DNA of 64,000 nucleotides, from assembly GCA_038087875.1 (NCBI GenBank), contig CM075997.1:4342001-4406000 (forward strand), in the 5' to 3' direction. The stretch comes from Malacoraja senta. Lineage: Eukaryota. The position numbers and the translations under genes were made by a program. Every line of letters begins with the position of its first letter. Positions within the stretch are counted from its first letter, which is position 1. This document shows, one piece after another, positions 37,109 through 50,319 of the stretch. The notes below the pieces were generated by a model. That model saw nothing but the letters and a program-made list of their open reading frames with translations. It had not been told where the DNA came from and did no database searches.

Positions 37109-37327
37109 AGTGCCTGTCCCACTTTCACGACCTAATTCATGACCTCTGCCCTTGACTCATACTCACAGCATGGTCGTCACGAGGTCGTAGGTAGGTCGTA
37201 GCAGGCGGTAATGCTAGTCGTAGGTACTCGTGGCATCAAGTAGGTCGGGGCGTATTTTCTAACAAGATGAAAAATGTCCACGAGTAAAAAAGGTCATGAA
37301 TTAGGTCGTGAAAGTGGGACAGGCCCT
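37109..37327. mobile_element. PIF/Harbinger-type MITE, family B (opposite orientation to 13195)
   Basis: TIRs plus the family-B interior in reverse; TSD TTA/TTA. Confidence 0.85.
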
Positions 37328-37984
37328 TTATGCTGTGAGTCTGGCACTGATTTTGTTAGCTATCATTTTTGGTCTAAACCTTCCTCCCATTTATATTCTA
37401 CATGCATCGATCTTCATTGTGCTGCAGTTTATAAAGGAATTACTTACAATTCAAAGCGTCACATTTATTCTGACCCATTTGGCTTCTCTCTATCAAACAG
37501 GCTGCCAACAGCTTCAAGAAAGAAGTCTCCATAACCGTACATGTGCTGCTTTCAAATGTATTAATGTGCATGAAGGAACTGCAGATGCTGGTTTCAAATC
37601 GAAGACGGACACAAAATGCTGGAGTAACTCAGCATTTACCTCCAGAAATGCTGCCTGTCCCACTGAGTTACTGCAGCATTTTCTGTCTATCGGTTATTTA
37701 TTAAGGTTTCACAAGTGGCGATAATCCAAAATTACGCTGCAGCTATTACAATGATATATGCCTTTTATAAGATAGAAACCATGGAATAAATCATTTGGAT
37801 GTAGCTATAAAATGAAAGATGAAATGAAAATACTGGCTTTGTTAATTCTGGGTAGGATGAGGTGGTAAAGCAAGCTGGTGCTGCAGTAACTCAGCGGGTC
37901 AGGCAGCATTTCTGGAGAACATGGACTGGTGACGTTTCGGGTCGGGGGTCTGAAGAAGGGTCCCGACTCGAAATGTTCTCCAGA

Positions 37985-38902
37985 GATGACACAAAGCTGG
38001 GTGGCAGTGTGAACTGTGATGAGGATGTTAGGAGGTTGCAGGCTGACCTGGACAGGTTGAGTGAGTGGGCAGATGCGTGGCAGATGCAATATAATACAGA
38101 TTAAAAAAATGTGAGGTTACCCACTTTGGTGGCAAAAACAAGGGGGCAGATTATTATCTCAATGGGGTTAGGTAAGGGGGAGGTACAGCGAGACCTGGGT
38201 GTCCTTGTACACCCAGTTGGCGTGCAGGTACAGCAGGCAGTGAAGAAAACTAATGGAATGTTGGCCTTCATAACAAGAGGATTTCAGTTTAGGAGTAAAG
38301 AGGTTCTTCTGCAGTTGTATAGGGCTCTGGTAAGACTGCATCTTGAGTATTGTGTACAGTTTTGGTCTCCTAATTTGAGGAAGGACACCCTTGTGATTGA
38401 GGCAGTGCAGCGTAGGTTCACGAGATTGATCCCTGGGATGGCGGGACTGTCATATCAGGAAAGATTGAAAAGACTGGGCTTGTATTCACTGGAGTTTAGA
38501 AGGATGAGGGGAAATCTTATAGAAACATATAAAATTATAAAAGGACTGGACAAGCTAGATGCAGGAAAAATGTTCCCAATGTTGGGCGAGTCCAGAACCA
38601 GGGGCCACAGTCTTAGAATAAAGGGGAGGTCATTTAAGACTGAGGTGAGAAAAAACATTTTCACCCAAAGAGTTGTGAATTTGTGGAATTCCCTGCCACA
38701 GAGGGCAGTGGAGGCCAAATCATTGGAAAGATTTAAGAGAGAGTTAGATAGAGCTCTAGGGGCTAGTGGAATCAAGGGATATGGGGAGAAGGCAGGCACG
38801 GGTTATTGATTGGGGACGATCAGCCATGATCACAATGAATGGCGGTGCTGGCTTGAAGGGCAAAATGGCCTCCTCCTGCACCTATTTTCTATGTTTCTAT
38901 GT
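37985..38902 (+). mobile_element. CR1-group (HER1-like) LINE 3' fragment
   Basis: [52 protein letters not shown]; tail GAAGGGC..AATGGCCT plus (TTCTATGT)n. Confidence 0.9.
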
Positions 38903-39385
38903 TACTATGCTGCCTGACCCGCTGAGTTTAGTTTAGTGTAGTTGAGAGATACCGCGCGGAAACAGGCCCTTCGGCCCACCGAGTCCACACTGACCAGCGA
39001 TCCCCACAGGCTAGCACTATTCTACACGCACTTGGGACAATTTTACATTTATACCAAGCCAATTAACCTTCACACCTGTATTTCTTTGGAGTGCGGGAGG
39101 AAACCGAAGATCTCGGAGAAAACCCACGCAGGTCACGGGGAGAACGTACAAACTCCGTACAGACAGCATCCGTAGTCAGAATCGAACCAGGGTCTCTGGC
39201 GCTGTGAGGCAGCAACTCTACCGCTGTGCCACTGTGCCTCCCAAACCGCAGTGTACCGTGCTGGAGTACTCCAGCACTTTGTGCTTTTTTTGGTCATAAA
39301 CTAGCATCTGCAGTTCCTTGGCGTCAGCAACTAAAGGTGGTGGATTGGTTAACGAGAGAAATATATCAAACAGGGTAAAGACTAA

Positions 39386-39627
39386 AGGGCCTGTCCCACT
39401 GACGCAAGTTTTTCGTCCAAAAAGGTACGACTCTTTGGACTACTCACGACCATACAGTCATCACGTCGACACGTGAAGCCTGTACGGTCGTGAGTAGTCG
39501 CCCAAAAGAGCCGTACCTTTTTCTGGTTGCCGCTGGATTTTTAACACGTTGAACAATTCGGCCACCTGCTGCGACTATGACGGGTGCCGGCAGTCACCGG
39601 GAAAATCGCGTAAGTGGGACAGGCCCT
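39386..39627. mobile_element. PIF/Harbinger-type MITE, family D
   Basis: TIRs AGGGCCTGTCCCACT; distinct interior; flanks TAA/TTA. Confidence 0.8.
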
Positions 39628-39949
39628 TTAATGGTTCATCTTTAGCTTTGAAAGTAATACATTATAGCTTGTGTAAAATGGTACATTGACTCATCAGAAT
39701 AAGAAGGTGGCAGGGAAATCTGATGTGTAAATGAATGGGATGTGTTCCATTGCTGGGAGTAATGATGGCTATATTTACTCACGTACAAAGGCTATCTATT
39801 TTGGTGGCTCATTGAGATAAATAATGACTGTGTTTGAGGAAGGGTTTTTATAGACACCGGAGGCGGTGATATTTCGGCATGATCTGAACAACGTTAACGG
39901 AGCTAGATCTGCCACGGAGACAGAGACCCGGGTTCGATCGTGACGTCAA

Positions 39950-40672
39950 GTTGGGAAAAGCGGAAGTACAACGGGATCTGGGGGTCCTTGTGCATCAGTC
40001 TATGAAAGTAAGCATGCAGGTACAGCAGGCAGTGAATTAAGCGAATGGCATGTTGGCCTTTATAACAAGAGGAGTTGAGTATAGGAGCAAAGAGGTCCTT
40101 CTGTAGTTGTACAGGGCCCTAGTGAGACCACACCTGGAGTATTGTGTGCAGTTTTGGTCCCCTAATTTGAGGAAGGACATTCTTGCTATTGAGGGAGTGC
40201 AGCGTAGGTTTACAAAGTTAATTCCCGGGATGGCGGGACTGTCATATGCTGAGAGAATGGAGCAGCTGGGCTTGTACACTCTGGAGTTTGGAAAGATGAG
40301 AGGGGATCTCATTGAAACATATAAGATTGTTAAGGGTTTGGACACGCTAGAGGCAGGAAACATGTTCCCGATGTTGGGGGAGTCCAGAACCAGGGGCCAC
40401 AGTTTAAGAATAAGGAGTAAGCCATTTAGAACGGAGACGAGGAAACACTTTTTCTCACAGAGAGTGGTGAGTCTGTGGAATTCTCTGCCTCAGAGGGCGG
40501 TGGAGGCCGGTTCTCTGGATGCTTTCAAGGGAGAGCTAGATAGGGCTCTTAAAAATAGCGGAGTCAGGGGATATGGGGAGAAGGCAGGAACGGGGTACTG
40601 ATTGGGGATGATCAGCCACGATCACATTGAATGGCGGTGCTGGCTCGAAGGGCCGAATGGCCTCCTCCTGCA
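39950..40672 (+). mobile_element. CR1-group LINE 3' fragment
   Basis: ORF 40107-40601 is the CR1 ORF2 C-terminus; canonical tail. Confidence 0.9.
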
Positions 40673-40674
40673 CA

Positions 40675-41268
40675 TAGATACATAGATACATAGAAAATAG
40701 GTGCAGGAGTAGGCCATTCGGCCCTTCGAGCCTGCACCGCCATTCAATACGATCATGGCTGATCATCCAACTCAGTATCCCGTACCTGCCTTCTCTCCAT
40801 ACCCCCTGATCCCTTTAGCTACAAGGGCCACATCTAATTCCCTCTTAAATATAGCCAATGAACTGGCCTCAACTACCCTCTGTGGCAGAGAGTTCCAGAG
40901 ATTCACCACTCTCTGTGTGAAAAAGTTTTTCCTCATCTCGGTCTTAAAGGATTTCCCCCTTATCCTTAAGCTGTGACCCCTTGTCCTGGACTTCCCCAAC
41001 ATCGGGAACAATCTTCCTGCATCTAGCCTGTCCAACCCCATAAGAATTTTGTACGTTTCTATAAGATCCCCTCTCAATCTCCTAAATTCTAGCGAGTATA
41101 AGCCAAGTCTACCCAGTCTTTCTTCATATGAAAGTCCTGACATCCCAGGAATCAGTCTGGTGAACCTTCTCTGCACTCCCTCTATGGCTATAATGTCCTT
41201 CCTCAGATTTGGAGACCAAAACTGTACGCAATACTCCAGGTGTGGTCTCACCAAGACCCTGTACAACT
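40675..41268 (-). mobile_element. CR1-group LINE 3' fragment, tail-to-tail with the previous copy
   Basis: ORF 40772-41266 is the CR1 ORF2 C-terminus. Confidence 0.9.
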
Positions 41269-44048
41269 GTTCCTCTACCTATTGTACATGAGATTGACTT
41301 TTGACTTTAGAGGTATAGAGAAGGGATAGATAGATAAATACTTTATTAATCCCCTCAGGGAAATTCAGATTACTTGCAGCACACCAATACAAGTAAGACA
41401 CCAGAATTGAACATAAAACATAAAAACATCTCCCCACAATGGTTCCCACTGTGAGGGAAGGCAGCAAAGTCCAGTCCTCTTCCCCTTGTTCACCCATGGT
41501 CGCGCGGAAACAGGCCCTTTTTCCCACCGAGTCATCTTCGACCAGCGACCACCCCCCACACTAACACTATCCTACACACAATAGGGACGATTTACAATAT
41601 TAACGAAGCCAATTAACCTGAAAACCTGCGCGTCTTTGGAGTGTGGGAGGAAACCGGAGCACCCGGAGAAAACCCCACGTGGTACAAACTCCATACAGAC
41701 AGCACCCGTAGTCAGGATTGAACCCGGGTCTCTGGGGCTGTGAGGCAGCATCTCTACCGCTGCGCCACCGTGCCACCTGACTTTATTGCATTTACAGACT
41801 TAAAAGGCTGGAGTAACTCAGCGGGACAGGCAGCGTCTCTGGAGAGAAGGAATAGGTGGCGTTTCGGGTCCTGAAACGTCACCCATTCCTTTTCTCCAGA
41901 GATGCTGCCTGACCCGCTGGGTTACTCCAGCATTCTGTGCCTGGCTATGGGTGGAAACCAGCGTCGGCAGTTCCTTCCTGCATATGGCTTGTGTTTACGT
42001 GAAGGAAGGAACTGCAAGTGCTGGTTTAAACCGAAGATAGACACAATAAAAGCTGGAGTAACTCAGCGGGACAGGCAGCGTCTCTGGAGAGAAGGAATGG
42101 GTGACGTTTTGGGTTGTATTTATGTTCAGTATTAGCTGATGGGAATGATGCCCTAGGTACACGTGACAAGAATACAACAAAAATTGCAATGGAATGGGCA
42201 CTCAGTGGCCTGACTGTGAGAAGCCCTCTCCAGCTGAGTCAATTATACCCTGGCACCAGCCCAGTTGCAATATAGAAACCTGTCTGTTTTAATTAGGTCT
42301 GGGAACTGGGGCCTGTTGACTGCATACTAATGTGTAGGAAGGAACTGCAGGTGCTGGTTTACACTGAAGACAGACACAAAATGCTGGAGTAACTCAGCGG
42401 GACAGGCAGCATCTCTGGAGAGAAGGAATGGGTGACGTTTCGGGTCCAGACCCTTCTTCAGACAGAGAGTCAGGGGAGAGGGAGACACACAGATATGGAA
42501 GGGTAAGGTGTGAAAACACAGATCAAAGGGGACGATGCTCAGGAAATGTTGAAAGGTACAGTTAGGTGAGGGGTAGGTGGAAATGTACCATTCTACATTT
42601 CAATAGACAATAGGTGCAGGAGTAGGCCATTCGGCCCTTTGAGCCAGCACCGCCATTCATAGTTATCATGGCTGGTCATCCACAATCAGTACCCCGTTCC
42701 TGCCTTCTCCCCATATCCCTTGACTCCACTATCTTTAGGAGCTCTTTGTACAACTTCCCCTTTGATCTGTCTTCACACCTCACCCTTCCATATCTCTATG
42801 TCTCATTCTCCCCCGTCTCTCAGTCTGAAGAAGGGTCTCGGCCCGGAACGTCTCTCATTCCTTCTCTCCAGAGATGCTGTCTGTCCCGCTGAGTCACTCC
42901 GGCATTTTGTGTGTCTCGCCTGGAATCTAACACCAGGGATTTCAGCTCTTCCTAGTCTGAAGACTGACAGCATTGGAGCTAATGAGATCTCAACCTCCAG
43001 TCAACCTCACTCTAATCTCCAGTTCTGCGCGGTAGGTAATAATTGATCGCCCTGCTACAGTAACCCTGCGGTTAATTGGGGGCAGGTGCTTTCAGCCTGA
43101 GGCCCCAACATGACGGGGCGCTCCGTCACGAAGATTGTCACGGGAGATCCAGCCTGATTTTCTACTCTCAGACTCCCAACCTCAAGAAAGGTCTCAGCTC
43201 AGCTCAGTATAGTTTATTGTCACATGTACCGAGGTTAGAGGCAGAAAACATGTTCCCGATGTTGGGGGAGTCCAGAACCAGGGGCCACAGTTTAAGAATA
43301 AGGGGTAAGCCATTTAGAACGGAGACGAGGAAACACTTTTTCTCACAGAGAGTTGTGAGTGTGGAATTCTCTGCCTCAGAGGGCAGTGGAGGCCGGTTCT
43401 CTGGATGCTTTCAAGAGGGAGCTAGATAGGGCTCTTAAAAATAGCGGAGTCGGGGGATATGGGGATAAGGCAGGAACGGGGTACTGATTGGGGATAATCA
43501 GCCATGATCACATTGAATGGCGGTGCTGGCTCGAAGGGCCAAATGGCCTACTCCTGCACCTATTGTCTATTTGTAGATGATATATAATAATAATAATAAT
43601 AATGGATTTTATTTACGGGCGCCTTATACCGAGGTCTCAAGGACACCATACAGAGATTTATAGAAAACATATAATCAGAATTTAAAAAAAATAGGTTATA
43701 AAGACCAATACATAAATCAGGGACAGAATTCCTTCCAAAAACACAAAAAAAAGAAAATCAGAAGCACAATTACTTTAATATAGTGACCTCATCACCACTT
43801 CTGACACCATGTAAAGAAGTTCTAACGACATATCGTTACTTTACTATCTTTATTCATACTGGAGCATTACATATTGCACTAGCTGTACGTGGTCTGTCAC
43901 AGGAACTAGAGAGCGATCTGTGGGTGGGGAGGTTGTAGTTATACTTGTGATGTGGGGAGTGGTTAGTGGTGATGAGGTCACTATATTAAAGGCACATGCA
44001 TATATCATCTACACTATTGTACAGTGAAAAGCTTTTGTTGCGTGCTAA

Positions 44049-44277
44049 GGGGCCTGTCCCACTTTCACGACCTAATTCACGACCTCTGCCGAGTTTGCCC
44101 TTGACTCATACTCGCACCATGGTCGTCACGAGGTCGTAGGTAGATCTTAGGCAGGCCGTGATGCTAGTCGTAGGTACTCGTGGCATCAAGTAGGTCGGGG
44201 CGTTTTTTCTAGCCTGATGAAAAATGTCCACGAGTAAAAAAGGTCGTGAATTAGTTCGTAAAAGTGGGACAGGCCCT
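44049..44277. mobile_element. PIF/Harbinger-type MITE, family B (opposite orientation to 13195)
   Basis: TSD TAA/TAA; the empty site cgtgcTAAccagtcagc matches the Rex 3' UTR repeat. Confidence 0.85.
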
Positions 44278-45956
44278 TAACCAGTCAGCGGAAAGGTGTC
44301 AGAAAGGTCAGTGGTGTCAGAAAGGTCAGTGTGGGAATGGGAGGGGGAGTTAAAGTGTTGAGCAACCGGGAGATCAGGTAGGTTAAGGCAGACTGAGAGG
44401 TGGTGTTCAGTATTAATCTGTTAATAGGCTTTGGTGAAATTTTTTTGATTTGTTCCTAGTGTGTGTAGGATGATGTTAGTGTGCGGGGATCGCAGGTCGG
44501 TGCGGACTCCATGGGCCGAATGGCCTGTTTTCACTCTGTATCTCTAAACTAAACTAAGCTAAACTTGAACCTGCATCCTCCCCGACTTAGAGACAGATCT
44601 GTTCACCACAGTTCAGGGGGGAACAGCAATGGCAAAACCACGGGTGGTTTAAGCAGTCTGGAATCCTCCTTCCGAATCCATTTTCCAGCACCTTTCCTCC
44701 ATGTTTATTACGGAGGACATTTTATTAAATCACACCCACGCAGCCTCAGGGATTCCCAACCACTGCACAGCTCGTTCTTATGTCGGAGTCGCTGCACCAC
44801 AGCGCAGTGGCTGCCTCCACGTTCTGTAGCCTGCAACAAACGACCCCACATCTCTGCATGGATATCTCACTCAGTAACGTCAGCCCAGCAGTGTGGGATG
44901 AACAAATATAGGCCTGGAATCACCACTGTGCTGATCTCCACACTACCCTGACAATGACTACTCCCTCCAAAGAATATGATCGCCCATCCCTCTCCTCCAG
45001 AGATGCTGCCCGTCCCGCCGAGTTACTCCAGCACTTTGTGTGTGTGTGTGTGTGTGTCTTTTTTTTTGTAACCCAGCATCTGCAGTTCGTTGTGTCAACA
45101 TCACATAGATGGCCTTTCTGATCAGGGGTTACGGGGAAAATAGGGTTAGGAGGGAGAGATAGAAACATAGAAACATAGAAAATAGGTGCAGGAGGAGGCC
45201 ATTCAGCCCTTCGAGCCAGCACCGCCATTCATTGTGATCATGGCTGATCGACCCTAATCAATAACCCGTGCCTGCCTTCTCCCCATATCCCTCGATTCCA
45301 CTAGCTCCTGGAGCTCTATCTAACTCTATAGAAACATAGTTCAGCCATGATTGAATGGCGGAGTAGACTTGATGGGCCGAATGGCCTAATTCTGCCCCTA
45401 TCACTAATGACCTTACGACAATCGAACCATTCACAGTGTACAGATACATAATAAGGAAATAATGTTTAGTGCAAGGTAAAGCCAGCAAAGTCCGATCAAG
45501 GATAGTCCGAGGTTCGCCAATGAGGTAGATAGTAGTTCAGCACTGCTCCCTGGTTGTGGTAGGATGGTTCAGTTGCCTGATAACAGCTGGGCAGCTTACA
45601 GCCCAGTGGTATGAATATTGATTTCTCTCACTTCAGGTAGCCCCGGCATTCCCCCTCTCTATCCCTCCCACACCCAAGTCGCACCAGCTTCTTGTTCTCA
45701 CCCAACAAACAGCTAACAATGGCCTATTTATTTTATCATCGTGCTTCAGAAGGAACTGCAGATGCTGGAAAATTGAAGGTAGACAAAAATGCTGGAGAAA
45801 CTCAGCGGGTGAGGCAGCATCTACGGAGCGAAGGAATAGGTGGCGTTTCGGGTCGAGACCCTTCTTCAGACCTTTATCATCGTTACCTTTTTGCATATCT
45901 TTCATTCATTGTTCTTTATCTCTCCACATCACTGTCTATATCTCTCGTTTCCCTAA

Positions 45957-46273
45957 AAGCCCTGTCCCACTGTACAAGTTCAATCCAAGAGCTCACCCGG
46001 GTTTAAAAAGAAATCAAACTCGTGGTAAGCACGTAGAATGAACGTAGCGGGTACGTCGGAGCTCGGGGACGTCTCTTAGCGGCTCGTAACGCTAACGGCA
46101 GGTGCTCGGGAAATGCGGTAAGCTCGGGAAGACTCGTGAAGATTTTTCAACATGTTGAAAAATGTCCACGAGAGCCCCGAGTACCGACCAGCGGCCATTA
46201 CCGTAAATCGAGTCACGAATCAGGGGAAACTCGGGAGAACTCTTGAATGAACTCGTACAGTGGGACAGGGCTT
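45957..46273. mobile_element. PIF/Harbinger-type MITE, family C
   Basis: Homologous to 32652-32965; flanks TAA/TTA; nested in a Penelope repeat. Confidence 0.85.
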
Positions 46274-46789
46274 TTATCCCTAACCAGTCTGAAGAAGGGT
46301 CTCGAACCGGAACGTCGCCCGTTCCTTCTCTCCAGAGATGCTGCCTGTCCCGCTGAGTTACTTCAGTTCCTCGTTCCCAGACGTATTTAAAACTGACTTA
46401 AAAGTTTCTGTATTCCATCTGATCCGGAGCCAGGGTGTAATTCACTCAGTCCGAGAGGAATTCTCGCAGTCAGGCCACCGGGACTGCCCGTTCCAGCATA
46501 AATTCAACTTCATTATTCTCACGTGCGCCCAGGCGCAGTGAAAGAGGTTTGCATGCGTTCCGATCAGAGAATACGAAACGTAAATGCACTCAATGCGTAG
46601 GAAGGAACTGCAGATGCCGGGTTACACCGAAGTTCGACACAAAATGCTGGAGTGACTCAGCGGGTCAGGCAGCATCTCTGGAGAGAAGGATGAGGTGGCG
46701 AATGAGGTCGGATTTCTTCAGACTAAAGCTGTATGAAGAAAGGTCTCGACCCCCAACTGTAACTCCCCACTTTTCATATCCCTGTACTC

Positions 46790-47675
46790 CATAGCCTCCC
46801 CCCTCCATCTCCCTCTAACCCCCCCTCCAACTTCTGTAATCCCCCCCCCACCACTCTCCTGTAACCTCTTACTTTCCATATCCCTGTCTTCCTCATTCTG
46901 TAGCCACAAAGCCCTAACACTTCCTCCCTGTATTGCCCCCTCCATCTCCCTGTATCCCACCCCCTCCATCTCTCTGTATCCCCCCCCTCAATTTATCTGT
47001 ATCCTCCCCTCCATCTCTCTGTATCCTCTATCTCTCTGTATCCTCTATCTCACTGTATCCTCTATCTCTCTGTATCTTCCCCTCCATCTCCCTGTATCCT
47101 CTATCTCTCTGTATCGTTCCCTCCATCTCTCCGTATCCACCCCTCCATCTCTCTGTATCCGCCCCTCCATCTCTCTATATCCCCCCCTCTCCCTCACTGT
47201 ATCCCACCCTCCAGTTCCCTCCAGCCCCCCACTCCATCCGGCAATGGCCACTCTCTCTCCCCCTAGCTCCCCCTTACATCTCATTGTAGCCGCCTCACCC
47301 CGTGTCCCTGCAACCCACATTCAGTCCCTGTAGCCCCCCCCTCCATCTCCTGTAACCCCCCCCCACTCTACATCCCCTGTGACCCCCCTCATCTCCATAT
47401 CCCTGTACCCATTGTTCCTTATCTCCGGTGTAGCCCCCCCTTCCATCTTCTTGTGCCCCAAAGCCCCCTCCCCCAATCTCCCTGAGGCCCACCTTTCCTC
47501 CATATCCTCGTAGTCCCCCCCCATCTCCATCTCCCTGTAATCAATAACCTGCCCCCCTTCCTCAATCCCTCTCTGTAATCAATAACCCCCATCTATCATG
47601 TTGTACCCCAAAAGCCACAACCCTCCATTTCCCTGGAGCCCCCCCCCCCCCCCCCCACCACTTCTCCCTGTAATT
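46790..47675. repeat. Pyrimidine-rich degenerate minisatellite (CCCTCCATCTCTCTGTATCC-like units)
   Basis: Repeated ~15-22 nt units, most regular at 46935-47200. Confidence 0.75.
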
Positions 47676-48414
47676 AATTAACCAAAGGTTAATCTGCAAA
47701 TCGAATTAGTTCCCCATATCTGAGGAAGGATGTGCCGGCTCTGGAGAGGGTCCAGAGGAGGTTTACAAGAATGATCCCAGGAATGAGTGGGTTAACATAT
47801 GATGAGCGTTTGTCGGCACTGGGCCTGTACTCGCTGGAGTTTAGAAGAATGATGGGGGGACCTCATTGAAACGTACAGAATAGTGAAAGGCCTGGATAGA
47901 GTGGACGTGGAGAGGATGTTTCCACTAGTGGGAGAGTCTAGGACCGGAGGTCACAGCCTCAGAATAAATGGACGTTCCTTAAGGAAGGAGATGAGGAGAA
48001 ATTTTCTTCAGTCAGCGGGTGGTGAATCTGTGGAATTCTTTGCCACAGAAGGCTGTGGAGGCCAAGTCAGTGGATATTTTTAAGGCAGAGATATAATAGA
48101 TAGATTCTTGATTAGTACGGGTGTCAGAGGTTACAGGGAGAAGGCAGGAGAATGGGGTTAGGAGGGAGAGATAGATCAGCCATGATTGAATGGCGGAGTA
48201 GACTTGATGGGGCAAATTGCCTAATTCTACTATTTCTCACGATCTTATGATCTAATGAATAACTCTCCCTCATCTCCCTGTAGTCCACCCCCCCCCCCCC
48301 CTACCCATTCTCCATCTCCCTGTAATCATTAACCCCTTTCCCATCTGAAAGGACAGTCTTGTGTCTGCCATCATCTACCAACCTTGCAGTTCCTCGAGGG
48401 TTAAACTAACAGGC

Positions 48415-48907
48415 CAAGGGACGCATTCAGAGACGGACGCCAAGTGCTGCTGGAGGGTCATCAACTCGGTGAAAGACGCTCTTTGGTCAGCCCCGAACCT
48501 TGTTGACCTCCCTGCGGAGCGAGATGTCCGTGGGGGAATGTTGCCGACTGGCCCGCTGCAGACTGCAGGAGGACGTGCTGAGGGACGCACTGAAGCTCGG
48601 TGCAGACAACGCCAAGGCTCGGTGGGGGAGGGCCACAGTCTAGGGTCCTTCTGCTGCTGGACATGTGGGGGGGGGGGGCAGGGTGTGGTGGAGATGCCCC
48701 TCAAAACAAGGGAAGGGATTCCACGCCAGTGGGCCACATGAGTGGCAAGGGTCGGGGATACATTTGTGAAATTTGAGCAATGAATGTAGACTGTATCGAA
48801 CAATTTGTGTAGTCTCTGAAAATGTCGGATTAATTTTTTGCACGGTTCATGTATTGTAGATTTATTACCTGAATAAAGTCTATTTTGAAATAAAATTTTT
48901 TTTAAAA
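48415..48907 (+). mobile_element. L1-Tx1-like LINE 3' fragment with a 27-bp TSD
   Basis: CCWRVINSVKDALWS...CRLQEDVLRDALKLGADNAKARWG; AATAAA and tail; TSD agttcctcgagggttaaa(a)ctaacaggc at 48388-48414 and 48908-48935. Confidence 0.75.
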
Positions 48908-49599
48908 AGTTCCTCGAGGGTTAAAACTAACAGGCTAAATAAGTATATCAAAGATAGACACAAAAATGCTGGAGTAACTCAGCGGGACAGGCAGAGTCTC
49001 TGGAGAGAAGGAATGGGTGACGTTTCAGGTCGAGACCCTTTTTCAGACTGAGGGCCCTTCTCTCCAGAGATGCTGCCTGTCCCGCTGAGTTACTCCAGCA
49101 CTTTGTGTCTATCTTAGGTGTAAAGCAGCATGTGCAGTTCCCACCTACACAAAGAAGTACATCAGGTGACTGACTCATTACTGAGCTAGCATTGCTCAGC
49201 ATTAGTGTCAGCACTCGCTGTGCCAGCTATAGTTAGAAATGGGTGAAGACAGGAGTTGTTAAAAATAGCGTGAACATCAGCTTCAGTTTCCAGCTGAGGT
49301 CATCTGCCGCTCGACAGGGCTACCTGACATCAGCAGAAACTAGGATGAATTTCTTCCGTGTGTGGAGTCTGTTGTGTGTCAGGGAGCAGGGCCTGTGTGT
49401 CTGAGGCTAAGTCTCGGCCTAGAAATCTAGCAGCTTGAGGCCTGAGGGGCTTTTCTGAGGTCTGAGGCCCGAGGCCTGGGGGTCATAAGATCATAAGTGA
49501 TAGGAGCAGAATTAGGCCATTTGGCCCATCGTCTACTGGCTGATCTATCTCTCCCTCCTAACCCTATTCTCCTGCCATAATCTCTGAGACCCGGAGAAG

Positions 49600-49934
49600 T
49601 GTCAGGGGCTTTTCTGCAGCCTGGGGCCTGGACTTTTCAGGAGCCTAGGACTGGGGTTGGAGCCTTACTAGAGCCTGGGGCCTGAGGCTTTTTGGCACCT
49701 GGTATCTGGGGGTTTCTGGTGCGAAGGACTGGGTTGGAGTCTTTCTGGAGCCAGAGCCCATGCCCTGGGCCTTTCCGGAGCCTGGGACTGGGATTGAAGC
49801 CTTTCTGGAGCCTTGATTTGGGGGTCTGGGTCTTTCTGGAGCCTAGGGCCTAGGGCCTGGATATTTCCGGAGCCTGAGGCCTGGGGTTCAGACCTTCTGG
49901 AGCCAGAGCCTGGGCCTTGGTCCTTTCTGGGGCC
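49600..49934. repeat. Degenerate tandem repeat (CTTTCTGGAGCCTGGGGCCTGG-like) running into the assembly gap
   Basis: About a dozen imperfect 25-30 nt units. Confidence 0.7.
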
Positions 49935-50134
49935 NNNNNNNNNNNNNNNNNNNNNNNNNNNNNNNNNNNNNNNNNNNNNNNNNNNNNNNNNNNNNNNNNN
50001 NNNNNNNNNNNNNNNNNNNNNNNNNNNNNNNNNNNNNNNNNNNNNNNNNNNNNNNNNNNNNNNNNNNNNNNNNNNNNNNNNNNNNNNNNNNNNNNNNNNN
50101 NNNNNNNNNNNNNNNNNNNNNNNNNNNNNNNNNN
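49935..50134. other. Assembly gap (200 N)
   Basis: Run of exactly 200 N; the round size suggests a scaffolding join of unknown true length. Confidence 1.
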
Positions 50135-50286
50135 GTATCATGTTTGCTAGGTCAGTTTGAGTCTGAAGAAGGGTTTCGGCCCGAAATGTTGCCTATTTCC
50201 TTCGCTCCATAGATGCTGCCTCACCTGCTGAGTTTCTCCAGCATTTTTGTCTACCTTCTTTTCTCTCCCTGTCTCTTTCTCTCCTG

Positions 50287-50319
<33 letters not shown>

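Noticed and set aside
49668..50160. ORFs spanning the N run
   Set aside because: Artefacts of the assembly gap; continuity of the intron across the gap is also unverified.
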